DNA of 64,000 nt from Octopus sinensis (GCF_006345805.1 NC_043000.1:18786001-18850000); one strand, 5' to 3'; shown: positions 38,350-51,940, counted from the stretch's first letter. Numbers and translations: made by a program. Notes: generated by a model from the sequence alone, not told the origin.

Positions 38350-38989
38350 TTAGCAGTATCGCCCGGCGTTGCTCGGGTTTGTAAGGGAAATAACTATATA
38401 AGCATTTTTAGAGAGTTATAGCCAAAAAATAGCAAAAAATGCATTAAAAATGGAAAAAATATGATGGTAAACTTTTTGAAAAATCGTTGACTCATCGTAG
38501 ACATTTTTAGAGAGTTACTTCCCTTATATAATAGCGAAAAATGCATTAAAATGGAAAAAAAACGATGGTAAATTTTTTTTTAAATCGTAGACTCATGTAG
38601 ACGCTTTCTTAGCCATTTCTGTTTTGGTGTCTTCAAGCCATGAAGTCGTTGTTCTAAAAGAACGCTGGTCTCCTTGACAACGCATTACGACGTTGATTTC
38701 CTTACACTCCCTTCCCCACAGGTGCAGGTGTGAGCGTGGACGCCAACTCGCCGCCATCGACACACGAAAAATTATGCATATTAAAATGGAATAAAAAATG
38801 ATGTTAAATTATTTTTAAAATCGTAGACTCATCGTAGACGCGCGCTAATAATACGCAGACGGGCTCGATATGAATCACGACTATAAGCTACCCGAATTTG
38901 GTTAAACTGCACCGCAAAATGTGGGAGTAGTTAGGAATCTAAATCGAAGGGGACAGACACTCTCACAACTACAGTTTTATATATATAGA
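38350..38989 (-). mobile_element. Non-autonomous Helitron family D1, long variant
   Basis: TC at 38989, same hairpin, CTAA (CTRR) end at 38350, with an internal duplication and insert. Confidence 0.88.
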
Positions 38990-40104
38990 TATACATAGCG
39001 CAGTAGTGGTGAGATGTGACAGCAAAGAAAAGCATACATTCACTCTCTGCATGCAATTAACTCGGAAAGTTCGTGAGGAACCCATTGACCCAATTTGCTG
39101 ACTTTTCCGATAGCACACAGGTCTCAATGAATGGTTGAATGACCAAATCCAAGCTTCTCTGCTAGTTCCTCAACAGTTACGATGAGATTTGTTCCACCAG
39201 GGTTTTCAGGATGTGTGTTGTCGAGTTCTACAGATCTTTCAGGATGAGGCTCGTCTTCTAGGCTGTTCCAATATAGCTTTGAAAAAAATAGCTGTTAAAA
39301 TCGAAATGCACTCTTCAAAACTTGCACTATGAATAAGAGAAGATAAAATTACTACCTGCTTTCTTTTATAGCAGTTAATATAAGTAGTTTATCCCATTCC
39401 CCTCTGACTTTTAGTTCAAGCTGTTGAAAAAACCGCATTATATATATATATACATACATACATACATACATATACACACACACTCTCTCTCTCACACACA
39501 TGCACACATTTATATCTGTTATTCTTTTATATATTTCAGCCTTGAGGTTGTGGCCATGCTGGATCATGTGTGTGTGTGTGTGTGTGTCTATCTGTCTGTC
39601 TGTCTGTCTGTATGTATATATGTATATGTAGGTGTGTGAACAATAATATTTTCACCAGATGTGTTGCAAATGTATCTGATTGTTCTCAAGCTTCAATACT
39701 GTGTGTGTGTATGTGTGTGTGTATGTATGTATGTATATGTATGTATATTATGTATGTATGTATGTGTGTATGTATGTATGTGTTGTGTGTGTATGTATGT
39801 GTGTGTGTATGTATGTATGTGTGTTGTGTGTGTGTATGTATGTAGTAGTATGTATGAGTGTATGTTTACTTTATTACTAACACAAGCCATTTATGTAAAG
39901 TCTTCCTCAAATCACTATCTCTGGCTATTTACTCTCTTCCAAGAACATTTTCACTCACACTTATATGTTAGCTTCCCATACATTTTACTCATGTATCTAT
40001 CAGCGTGATAGAGAGAAACAAATATTACATCTAGTTTCACTTATTCGTTGCCCACTGTGTGTGTGCGTTTGCGTGTGGTGTAAACCAGACTAGAAAAGCA
40101 TTTG

Positions 40105-40300
40105 ACACACACACAGAATGTGAGTTTTCTGTAAATTTTGCTTAATTGGAGTTTAAATTTTAAAAACTGGACCTGGCATGACGCGATGCATTGTACTCTT
40201 AAAAATGCAAGGTAAATTGTAATTGAAGAAATCCTATATTGTAGATTTGTATAACTCCCAAAGGGAGGCAGATAAAATCTGTCCTTTTATAATAAGAGAT
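40105..40300 (-). mobile_element. Helitron-like 5' end fragment related to 38160-38349
   Basis: Shares gagttttc...ttgcttaattgg...ggtaaatt..aattgaagaaat.ctatattgta...gggaggcaga.aaaatctg. Confidence 0.65.
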
Positions 40301-40328
40301 TATCATAAGAGATCATAAGAGATAAGAT

Positions 40329-40382
<54 letters not shown>

Positions 40383-40817
40383 GAGGGAGTGGAGCAAGTA
40401 AAATTCAGCACATCCTCTGGTGTAATAGTCACTCATGAGGGGTACACAGTCAGTTACTCATTAGGCCGAATTAACTTTGGACTCCTTAACGACAGTATCG
40501 TTAAGGTGTCCTCGCTCTGATAAGTAGTAAGCTAAGTTCCGCTCGTTGAGTAATTAGAGGATCTGCTAGCTATGTAGGCTAAATTTTACCTGCTCCTCTC
40601 CCCCAATGTGAATTTTTATTCGCATTCATAGCAACTGAAGTTGCTAACAGTGGCTATGAAAAAAATTATTTTCCAGCTTATCGAACTTCGATATGGGAAA
40701 AGCCTTCAACCTTCGACGTCAATGAATTATTGTTGTTCCTTAACGTTGTTTTTTTATACTTACCACGAACTGTTCGAAGCCTGCGCACTTTCTAGACTAA
40801 GATCCTTGGATGTTACG

Positions 40818-40876
<59 letters not shown>

Positions 40877-40939
40877 ACACACACAAAACACACACACACA
40901 CACACACACACTTACATATAAGACCACCGTTCTACACTC

Positions 40940-41362
40940 ACATATAAGACCACCATTCTACAATATGGCTCAGAAACCTGGACGCTATCAAAGAAGGTTG
41001 AGAGGCGGTTGGATGGAACCTACACTCGCCTCCTTATGAGAGCTCAAAATCTCTCGTGGAGGCGCCATCCAACCAAAATGCAAATATATGGGAAATTACC
41101 ACCTGTGTCATCTCTTGTGAAAGGTAGGAGAGTCCAGTTTGCTGGACATTGTTGTAGAGCTGAAAAAAGAAGTAATTTCTACTCTTTCCTCTGGAAGCCA
41201 TCTACTCGCAATACCAGATGGCGCACACTCTCCTACCTGATGTAATCTCCAGGGATACAGGATCCAGCAACAGGACCTCCGTATGCCATGATGGACCGTG
41301 AAGTCTGGCGTAGCATGGTAAATTCCATTGTCTCGACCACGGTCGAACAATGATGAATGATG
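40940..41362 (+). mobile_element. RTE-clade LINE 3' end with (TGA)n tail
   Basis: ILQYGSETWTLSKKVERRLDGTYTRLL...RRVQFAGHCCR...DREVWRSMV, ending in caatgatgaatgatga. Confidence 0.85.
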
Positions 41363-41814
41363 AAGACCACCGTCTCACAGAGTTCATCACGTAACTGTAT
41401 CTTGAAATATCTTCTGTAGGGCGCTGGCATGATCAAGATGAAGTTATGTACGTTCAGCAATTGCCCATGAAATAATTCTTCACGCTTTGCGATAGCCATA
41501 TTATCCAAGTATAGAGGTGGCTTGTTAGCAATATCTTCGTTGGTGAATTCAGAACATAAAAGAACCGGAAGAAATACTAAATAAGCTCCTTGTCTTGTCC
41601 TCCAACAATTCTACCGCTCTATATTTTATTGACATTAGAAAGGATGAAAACGGAGGTAACTCCGGTGGTGTTTAGACTCCTTACAGACAGAGACGTAGCA
41701 AGTTGTAATGATTTTATATAGTTGTAATGATTTTAACAAGCAGGCCTCATTGAAATACTTAAAGATTGTATATAATATATAATAGGTATTTCAGTTTTAT
41801 TATGTATGTTTCAG

Positions 41815-42010
41815 TGTCATCTGGGAATCTCGACAGGAAGAGGTCCAGCCTTGATTTAAAAACGCCTACATCCACTTTGTACAGGTTCCTCAGGCTCTTT
41901 GGGAGAACATTAAAAAGCTGTAAGCCTCTGAAACCCAGACTGTTGCAGTAACAGGTCCTGAAGCGCAATGGCATTTTTGGGAGCTTTGGCACTATGCAGT
42001 GTCTACCCGT
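41815..42010 (-). mobile_element. CR1/L2-like LINE 3' coding fragment
   Basis: HCIVPKLP...RTCYCNSLGFRGLQLFNVLPKSLRNL..VDVGVFKSRLDLFL. Confidence 0.75.
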
Positions 42011-42013
42011 TAA

Positions 42014-42054
<41 letters not shown>

Positions 42055-42325
42055 TATATTGATATATATATATGTATATATATATAATATATATTTATAT
42101 ATATATATTTATAGATAAAATATATGTATAAATAAATACAAAAATTTAAATATATATAAACACATACAATATATAGATATATATAAATATAGATATATAA
42201 ATATATGCAAAAAATTATATATCTAAATATATATATATATACTCCCTCATGCAGTGAACGTCAATTTATAAAAGAATTAGTGAAGTAAAATTATGTAGCA
42301 ACACCATATATATATTTATATCTGG

Positions 42326-42382
<57 letters not shown>

Positions 42383-42389
42383 CATACAT

Positions 42390-42488
<99 letters not shown>

Positions 42489-42871
42489 TAAATATATAAT
42501 TTCAACAATTGAGGGTAAAATTAATTAATAATTAATCAATTTCACCAAGTATTCAGTATGCAAAGGGACCATTTAAGGCAAATTCAAATTATTACATTAT
42601 ATAAAAGGGCTTAGTAAAATAAATTACTTTGCCGCATACTGAACTCGTTAGAAATAGCAGCTAAAAAAACTATTTCTAACACTTAAAGAAAACCTCATAT
42701 ATGTATGTTAATACATATATAAATATACATATATATCAATACATATATAAATATACATATATCAATATATATATATAAATACATCTATTTATAAATGAGG
42801 GTGAAAAATTTGATATTAATTTAATAATACCATAAAAACATAAAAACCAGGGAGACAATACAAATTTATAC

Positions 42872-43168
42872 ATAAATATAAGAGAGTGACCACTATGTGG
42901 TTAAGTCTAGTGCTAAAAATAGCTCCATTACTGGTATAGCCACAAAAAAAGAGATGTTTCCAAGAAGAAATAACTTTACATTTAACGTAAGGAAAGTGAA
43001 ATATAACGAAAAAATAGATTTTCTATTTTTTCGTTATATTTCACTTTCCTTACGTAAATGTAATGTTATTTCTTCATGGAAACATCTCTTTTTTTTTGGC
43101 TATACCAGTAATGGAGCTATTTTTAGCACTAGAGTTAACCACATAGTGGTCACTCTCTTATATTTATA
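42872..43168. repeat. Fold-back palindrome, ~147-bp arms, 3-nt loop
   Basis: agagagtgaccactatgtggtt...aaaataga-ttt-tctatttt...aaccacatagtggtcactctct. Confidence 0.95.
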
Positions 43169-43197
43169 TATAAATACATCTATAAATAATATACATG

Positions 43198-43250
<53 letters not shown>

Positions 43251-43462
43251 GGTCCCGGGTTGAGTCGGGGTTACCACAGTAAATAGGTACTCAATACATA
43301 GCAGAGTAAATTAATATATATATATTAATATATATAGTATATATATATATATTATATATTTATATTGTTGTATTTAGGAATGGTCATTTCTAAATACAAC
43401 ATAAAAAATATTGCACAACAAATATTTAAACGTATATATATATATATATATATATACCTATG

Positions 43463-44279
43463 CAGGGTGCGATGTGTAAACTGTCGTCTAAATTACGTTA
43501 AAAGGAAAATAAAACAGACATCTCATTTCAATAGATATATAATTAGGAAATTACATAAAAATATCTTGAAATACCGAAGAGTAAATTTATTCAATAAAAT
43601 CGCCATTGGCACCAACTACGGCCTCCAGATGACTTCAGAATCTCCTGCGAGTCTTCTGGGTGGTCTCCTTAATTAAGTTAGTAAATACTGCCATAATCCT
43701 TGCCTTCAGTTTATCTTTGGTGTTACAAGGAGTTTTGGTGGTCTCTCGCACAACTGCGCCCCACACATCTTAAGCAAAGGGTTTGCAGTGTGGGTAGTTA
43801 GCTGGCCAGATGTTAGGGGTGATATGGTCGCAGAAATTGTTTAACAGCCATGACTGAGTTGTGTTTGTGTGACATTGAGCAGAGTCTTGTTGCCAGATAT
43901 AGTGTCTTCCAGCAGTCACCCCCTTGGCCCAGGGCAGCACTACTTGATGTAGACCTCCGTGTTGATTGTAAGGCCGTGTGGGAAGATAAATGGAAGCATA
44001 ACGTCGCCATCACTAGTGATCACTCCAAACACCATGATGTTGACTGGATATTCGATTTTTATGACTCTCGCTACATGTCCTCAGGTTGAGACTCATACAC
44101 TCTGAAATGTTCATATTGGAGTGTCTGGCGCGAATGCCAAGCATTACAACATGTCGTTTCAAAATTTCTGGCATAATGAATTGCGTCATGGTGCTGCTTT
44201 TCTCACAGGCGGTGTCCAGCTGACCCACTATACTGTGTAGCTGACAAAATCGAAAACAAAGAATGCGCATGCGCGAAAG

Positions 44280-44312
<33 letters not shown>

Positions 44313-44340
44313 CTTGCGACAATTTACCCATCGCACCCTA
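43463..44340 (-). mobile_element. Internally deleted DD37D (maT-like) Tc1/mariner element with both TIRs
   Basis: TIRs agggtgcgatg(t/g)gtaaa(c/t)tgtcg at both ends. Minus strand reads IMVFGVITSDGDVMLPFIFPHG...QQDSA...NFCDHITPNIWP...VWGAVVRET...HLEAVVGANGDFIE*; the QQD-to-third-Asp spacing is consistent with 37. Confidence 0.85.
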
Positions 44341-44568
44341 TATACATAGTGAAGGTGCATAATCTAGTGGTTAGGATGTCGCACTCACGATTTCCCGGAA
44401 CAAAACTCGTAATGCAGCAAATTAATAAACATACATGTGTGTGTATATACACACCTATATATATATATATAACGGGAAGCTTTATGAAAATAAACAAAAG
44501 ACGAAGGCAGGTGGAATATAAAAAAAACAATTTATTAGTATGGCGCTCAGGAATATAAATAAAACAAG

Positions 44569-44606
44569 TCTTTTACGTTTCGAGCCTACGCTCTTCAACA
44601 GAAAGA
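44569..44606 (-). ncRNA. Candidate minimal hammerhead, CUGUUGA core variant
   Basis: tcttt-CTGTTGA-a-gagc-gtag-gctc-GAA-acgt-a-aaaga: three stems intact, GUA site, A6 replaced by U. Confidence 0.55.
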
Positions 44607-44800
44607 TACGCAGAAAAGAAACACGGAAAGAAACAAGGAGAGAAAAAAAACAAAAAAAACATACATATATATGTACATACACACATTCCTATTATATATA
44701 TATATATATTATATATATATATATATTATAATATATATATATATATACATTGTACATACGTCGCGCGCGCATCACATACACATGTATATATATATATATA

Positions 44801-45219
44801 GGCGCAGGAGTGGCTGTGTGGTAAGTAGCTTGCTAACCAACCACATGGTTCCAGGTTCAGTCCCACTGCGTGGCATCTGGGCAAGTGTCTTCTGCTATAG
44901 CCCCGGGCCGACCAATGCCTTGTGAGTGGATTTGGTAGACGGAAACTGAAAGAAGCCTGTCGTATATATGTATATATATATATATGTATGTGTGTGTATG
45001 TGTTTGTGTGTCTGTGTTTGTCCCCCTAGCATTGCTTGACAACCGATGCTGGTGTGTTTACATCCCCGTCACTTAGCGGTTCGGTAAAAGCGACCGATAG
45101 AATAAGTACTGGGCTTACAAAGAATAAGTCCCGGGGTCGATTTGCTCGACTAAAGGCGGTGCTCCAGCATGGCCGCAGTCAAATGACTGAAACAAGTAAA
45201 AGAGTAAAGAGTAAAGAGT
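44801..45219 (+). mobile_element. SINE family A
   Basis: Full-length copy. Confidence 0.92.
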
Positions 45220-45430
45220 ATATATATATATATATTATATATATATATGTATGAATATATATATGAGGTAATTTAGATATGCACATGTATTCTCTATATA
45301 GATATGTATATCTTTCTCTTTCTCTGCATATATATATACATATGTATATATTATATATATATAATAAATTAATTTTACTTGCTATGTATTGAGTACCTTA
45401 CTTACTGTGGTTAACCCGGATCAACCCGGG

Positions 45431-45480
<50 letters not shown>

Positions 45481-45807
45481 CTATATATATTATATATTAT
45501 ATATATATATATATACGTATGGATATCTATATATACAAAATATAGGAGTTTAGTTCACAGGTGATCGAAACGACTAGGTACGCTACATACAAATATAGAC
45601 ATATGTATTTACACACATATGTGTTCATTTATTTGCGGTATTACGAGTCTCAGACCGGGAATCGAAACCACTTACAATCATGTGCAACATCCTAACTATT
45701 AGGCCACACGCCTTCGCTCTATAAATAAATATATACATGTTACATACATACATACATACAACATATATATTACATAATACATACATACATACATAATAGA
45801 CATACAT

Positions 45808-45846
<39 letters not shown>

Positions 45847-48075
45847 TACATACATATGTACATACACACACTCATTTATATATATATATATATAAATACA
45901 TATATATATATATAAATACATTATAATATATATATATATATATATATACATACATATATATATATACACACACAAACACACAGGTACACACACATAACAT
46001 ACGCACACGCATGCACAACTAAAATCGTAGAGACACATAAATAATACGTATTTTTATACATGCCGGAGATGTGAAAAACGTCAGTGGATTTCCGTGGAAT
46101 TTGAAGTCATAACTTAAATGAACTAAACAGATAAATAAAGCAAATTATTTTATTCTATGTTTATAACGTTTATGCCAATCATTATCGTTAAAACAATTAG
46201 TGATAATTTTCGTCACACGCACACTGCTGCGTTTTCTGGAAATGGTTGTTTGAATGGACCTACGTGTGTAACTGGTATTTTGTTTGTACTGACCCAACTA
46301 GTATGAAATTGTAAGGAGAGATGTAAAGAGCATGAAATAATACGGAAAATAAAACAAGGATATTTTAAAAATCCCGTTCCCTACCGATTCTGTCATCGAA
46401 ATACTTAGGGTGGGCACTCCATATAGTCTATCGGTCTGCTAGAAATAGCAGCTCTGTACCTGATAATATCGATGTTTTTACACAGCTACAAGGCCAAAAA
46501 TTTTGTGGGAGTGGAGAATCGATTCTGTAGATGCAAGGACTTGACCAGTATTTTATTTTAAGAACTAAGAAAGGGGTTAAAAAAAAACGGTATATTAAAG
46601 CAAACAAATCGGTAGGATTTTGAACTTGGAACGTAAACAGTTGGAACATATATAGCAAGGTAGTTTGTTCGACGCACCAACAGCTACACCAATCCACTGC
46701 CCTCATAGCATTATCCCATCCCCTAGTTTCACCGCCAGGCGTGGAAGAGAAAGGAAAGGCACACTGGTTAATGTAGTTCAATATAGAGAGATGAAAGGAC
46801 CATGGTTTAGCTAGGATACCTTTGTTTATAGGTCGGATGGTTCAGAATTGACTCGAAGCTAAACAACAACAACATCGGTTTTGTACATAAATGCTTTAGA
46901 CCATGAATTTTGGAAGAGAATCACACCCCCTTCTCTCTAAACCTATCAAAATACTTAACCGAGACTTATTTTATAGTTTTTTAAAGGACAGAAGATAAAG
47001 TTTACTCACTGGGACATGAAGGGCTTTACTTTACTGATTTTGTCAACCATCATTCTTTATATTTTCTTACACTGCCACAGGACAACAAATTTTACTGGGT
47101 GGAAGTAATAAATTGATGAAATGGACTCGAGTAATTGACTGGTTCTTTATTTTCTTCAATTTATTGTCTTCATAAGGATAAAATATGAAGTCAACATCAA
47201 TAGCATCTGTACTTAGAATGTAAGCAGATATAAATTCTGCAGGGCATCTTTAGTATACAACATTTTGCTAACTTTGACATCGACCAACTTCATACCTTTT
47301 TGTACATTAGGACAAGAAAGGGAATTACTCGGTTATATCAATCCTAGTGCCTAGCTGGTACTTTGTTTTATCACCCCAAGAAGATTAAAAAGCAAAGTCG
47401 ATAATAGCGGCATTTGGACACTGAACGAAAAATTCAGTAGGGCATATTTTTAAAAATTCAGTATTCTACTAATTTAGTCACTCATCGTCCGTGGTATATT
47501 TTTTTCTATATTAGGACAAGACCACACATTTTTACAGGGATACCCGAGGGGTATGAGATAGAGTTTAACTTGATATCTAAAGTCAGAAAAAAAGGTAGAG
47601 GAAGAGAGAAAAGTAATAATATTAACAAAGATAATAATTACAGGTGTAAAAGGAAAAAGTTTGTGAAAAAAACTGAACACTGAAATAAAATACGTTAAGA
47701 AATTTAGTAACGAAAATGAATAACTAAATGCTTTAGTCTACATACCTTAGTGCCGGTGATGATGTAGTAAAGCTTGGCCGTCTAACACATGGAACAGAAT
47801 TTACAGTTAGACTAACGATGGCCGTTTCAGTAAACAACACCTACGCATCGCATATGTTGACAATTTTTTGTGTTCGTCGATTCATGATAATTTCTGTGTG
47901 CGGGCTTGAATCGTATCTGTATGTGGTTTTGGATAGTATCTTAATAGACTTATAAGTGAGCGCACCGTGCTATTATATTAAGATGTGATAGTGTGTCTCG
48001 AAGCAGCAGACACAGGCCTACTTGTTGTGGGAGTAATCTGTTGGCAACTGACAGAAAATCTTTTGCTAGTACAGC

Positions 48076-48200
<125 letters not shown>

Positions 48201-48539
48201 GTGTGGCAGAATGCAACGTGTATGTTGAACACTGTTGTAATATTTTTCTTCTGCAACACACTTGAAGGAGAGGGAGGGAAATCGAAAGCGAATTATTTCA
48301 TCTATTTAACAAACACTGTCACTATACGGAGAGAGAGTTGTTACAACTAATACAGTCTACCCTTTGCCACTTCTTCATCCTATCTCATCTACTTATATAT
48401 CTTTGTCTGTTACTCAAGAACTTTTTAGTTATGTGTTTTCTTAATTCTCTTTTTAAATCTAATTGGTTATATTTTTCATCTCTCTCTTTCAATTCTTGTA
48501 ATTAATTACAAATATATTAATCCATTTATCATGTTATTC

Positions 48540-48657
<118 letters not shown>

Positions 48658-48676
48658 TACATACATAAATACATAC

Positions 48677-48708
<32 letters not shown>

Positions 48709-48720
48709 TATATTATATAT

Positions 48721-48786
<66 letters not shown>

Positions 48787-50001
48787 ATATATATATATAT
48801 ATAATATATATTATATATATATATACACTTTCAGGTATATTTTTCGTTACGTCTCTTTTCTTCTTCACTTTCATTTTCTTATACAACTGAAAAAATTGAT
48901 TTTGTTTTTATTTCCACGCATTAATCGAAGCTAATGCACACACCCACAAAAAAAAACAAAAAAAAAAAACCCGAAAAAGAAACACAACAAACTACCAACT
49001 TACCTTAACTTCCACTCTCAGCACCTCCTCCTACTCCGTGTCCCCGACGACTTCTACTTGAGTATTTTGCTCCTTTTATTGTGTGGTACATTCCCTGCTA
49101 CATTAAGTAAACAACGAAACAACGCCCATAGCTATGTTATGCTTACATCACGAAGCAAACACTACGTACTGAACACAGTAATAAATGTCTTTCCTATCCC
49201 AGCTTATCCGAAATTTCCTTCCCACTTACTTCGCTCCATTTCGGTTAACAACTCTTTTATTACCGTGGTATCTCGCTCTGCTTCATTGGTTATTTCTGTA
49301 TCACTTATCATTCTATATATTCACCGACCTTATATTTACCTGTCTTTTTCTTTCTCTGTCTCAGCTGGTATTTTTCTCTTTGTGACGCATCCTCTCTCTC
49401 TCCTTCTTCTTCTTCTTTTCTTCTTCTTCTTCTTCTCCTCCTCCTCATTCCTTCTCTCTTTCCATCTCCCCACTCTCTCTGTCTCGTATCTCATGCCTCC
49501 CTTTTCATTTCTAAGTTTACTCCATTTCTCACACCACTTCATTTCTTTACTTTTGGCGACTTTTACATTAGCGTTGCATGTGCCCCATTAAAAATCAATA
49601 CATTATTATAATCCGCTTTTCCTTCTTTCCACCTTTCCTATTTCTTTTCTATGGAAACGAAAGAGCCGCTTGTAGTCAGAAGATTCATTTCCTGACACAC
49701 CTACCATTATTCACACACTACAGAACAGATATGTGCCGATATAGAAGCATTTCCATACTGGAGTGGATTGGAAATTATTGAAACAACAGTTTCAATATTT
49801 ACCCTGGTATAAACGTGAACCAAAAAGTAGTGACCGGCAAATTCATCGAAACGTATTGTTCACTGTGCTACATTACTTGTGCATGCAGGCTATGTCACAA
49901 CGCTGTTTTGTGTAACGTAGTTGCTAATGAGAATAGCTTCCTAAAAATTGGTAATTATCTAGCGGAAAATAAACAAGTAACAATTATTCGGGTTCCTGGC
50001 T

Positions 50002-50391
50002 GGATGGAAGCACTCAGTCGGTTACGACGACGAGGGTTCCGGTTGATCCTAATCAACGGAACAGTCTGCTCGTGAAATTAACGTGTAAGTGGCTGAGCAC
50101 TCCACAGACACATGCACCCTTAACGTAGTTCTCGGGGATATTCAGCGTGACACAGAGTGTGACAAGGCCGGCCCTTTGAGATACAGGTACAACAGAAACA
50201 GGAAGTAAGAGTGAGAGAAAGCTGTGGTGAAAGAGTACAGCAGGGATCGCCACCATCCCCTGCCGGAGCCTCGTGGAGCTTTGGGTGTTTTCGCTCAATA
50301 AACACTCACAACGCCCGGTCTGGGAATCGAAACCCCGATCCTACGACCGCGAGTCCGCTGCCCTAACCACTGGGCCATTGCGCTTCCACAA
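50002..50391 (-). mobile_element. SINE family B
   Basis: TSD GGGTTCCTGGCT at 49990-50001 and 50392-50403. Confidence 0.93.
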
Positions 50392-50785
50392 GGGTTCCTG
50401 GCTACACAGATATTAAAGGAAACCGGAAAGCTGATGAATTAGCAATACAGGGAGCACAAAAGAAATACTAGATATAGACAACGTTCCAGATCTTTCGCAA
50501 GTTAAATCATTCATTAAAAGCATAATTAGTCAAAGGAGGAAAAGATACTGGAAAAAAATCAGAAGATAAGCTACGGAAATTTAATCTCCCATTATTCCAG
50601 CGAGATCTATCAAAGTAGGAAACGTATTAGACCCTGAACAAGATTAAACAAACGAATACCATGTTGGCTTTGAACGGGCCCTTTTACCTTGAACTATATT
50701 CTATAATGAATAGGTCATATGGAATCGCCTTAATACTGTTATGGAGAAAATTCCTGACACATATGACAATATCTGTTTGCATGTT

Positions 50786-51010
50786 AAGGCGGTGAGCTGG
50801 CAGAATCGTTAGCACGCCGACCAAAAAGCTGAGCGGCATTTTGTCTGTCTTTATGTTCTGAGTTCAAATTTCGTCGAGGCCGACTTTACTTTTCATCCTT
50901 TCGGGGTCAATAATACCTATAATCAGTTGAGCACTGGGGTCGATGTAATCGACATATCTCACCCCTGAACTTTGCTTGTGCCAAAATTTGCAGCCAACAT
51001 CTGTTCGAAT
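50786..51010 (+). mobile_element. SINE family C, diverged
   Basis: Head aaggcggtgagctggcagaatcgttagc. Confidence 0.82.
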
Positions 51011-51340
51011 GCAAAGATTACCAATCTGAGAGAGAAAGAGAGGACGTTTTAAAAAAGCTATTCAAAAAGGCTAGGAAAGGTGGTGGGGTTTTATACTTAA
51101 TGATCCAGCAACCGTAAATAAGATCTTCCAATGCATGGAGCCCCGCCCAAAATTTAACTGAAATATTTAACTGTTAGTTATCTCAACTTCTCCCCACCTT
51201 TCCTTCTTGTGTTTTTATTTTAAGTTATTCTTTTGTATAAGGGGTATTATAATAACTTCCTCAGTTCATCATAGTTTTATAGTTTCACAGGAACATTTGA
51301 ATTGATTGACTATAATAAATTATATATATATATATATATA

Positions 51341-51505
51341 CTTTATTTAAAGCAGCAGAAAATTCAACAAAATCTGTTACTCTGAGTTTCTCGTTGCCGT
51401 TCATCAGACAGTTTTTGTTAGATTCTAACAAAAACTGTCTGATGAACGGCAACGAGAAACTCAGAGTAACAGATTTTGTTGAATTTTCTGCTGCTTTAAA
51501 TAAAG
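51341..51505. repeat. Perfect palindrome (82-bp arms, 1-nt loop) next to (TA)n
   Basis: The arms are exact reverse complements: 51341-51422 and 51424-51505. Confidence 0.97.
51429..51478 (+). ncRNA. Type I minimal hammerhead (GUA site); identical mirror copy on minus at 51368-51417
   Basis: caaaaactgt-CTGATGA-acg-gcaa-cga-GAA-actc-a-gagt-a-acagattttg. Stem I pairs 9/10, stem III is near-palindromic, and the stem II closing pair is mismatched. Confidence 0.7.
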
Positions 51506-51570
51506 CATATTACTCTACCACTGGTATTTGAGTACTCTGGGCGAGGTATAAACAGTAGCTGCACGACATC

Positions 51571-51940
51571 GTGAAGTATATTTGCTACCTAAATGTGGCT
51601 AACCCTTAAGGGTTGATTCTACTGTAGCTTGTAGCTCCAGAAGGACATCAGTATTTACAAAGGGAAGTCATCTTTCTCCTCTCCAGCCTGACGTGATAAA
51701 AAGGGATCCGAATTTTCTGGGTATTGACCAGTCATCAGCGTGTGACAACCACCGGATGGCGATGGGAAGTGGGTACCACGTCAGGCTGGAGATGGGAAAG
51801 ATGGCTTCTCTTTGCAAATACTGATAGGGCACAGAAAGTGTGTCAATAGCCAGCTGGAGGAGATGTCTTCCTGAGGCAACAAGCTACAGTAGCATCAACC
51901 CTTAATGGTTAACCACATTTAGGTGGCAAATATACTTCAC
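51571..51940. mobile_element. Fold-back MITE-like element with nested imperfect inverted repeats
   Basis: Outer IR gtgaagtatatttg...gacatc / gatgtc...caaatatacttcac; inner IR cagtattt...cagcctgacgtg / cacgtcaggctg...aaatactg. Confidence 0.75.

Noticed and set aside
47750-47840. Possible C/D snoRNA (GTGATGA)
   Set aside because: No suitably placed CTGA D box or terminal stem.
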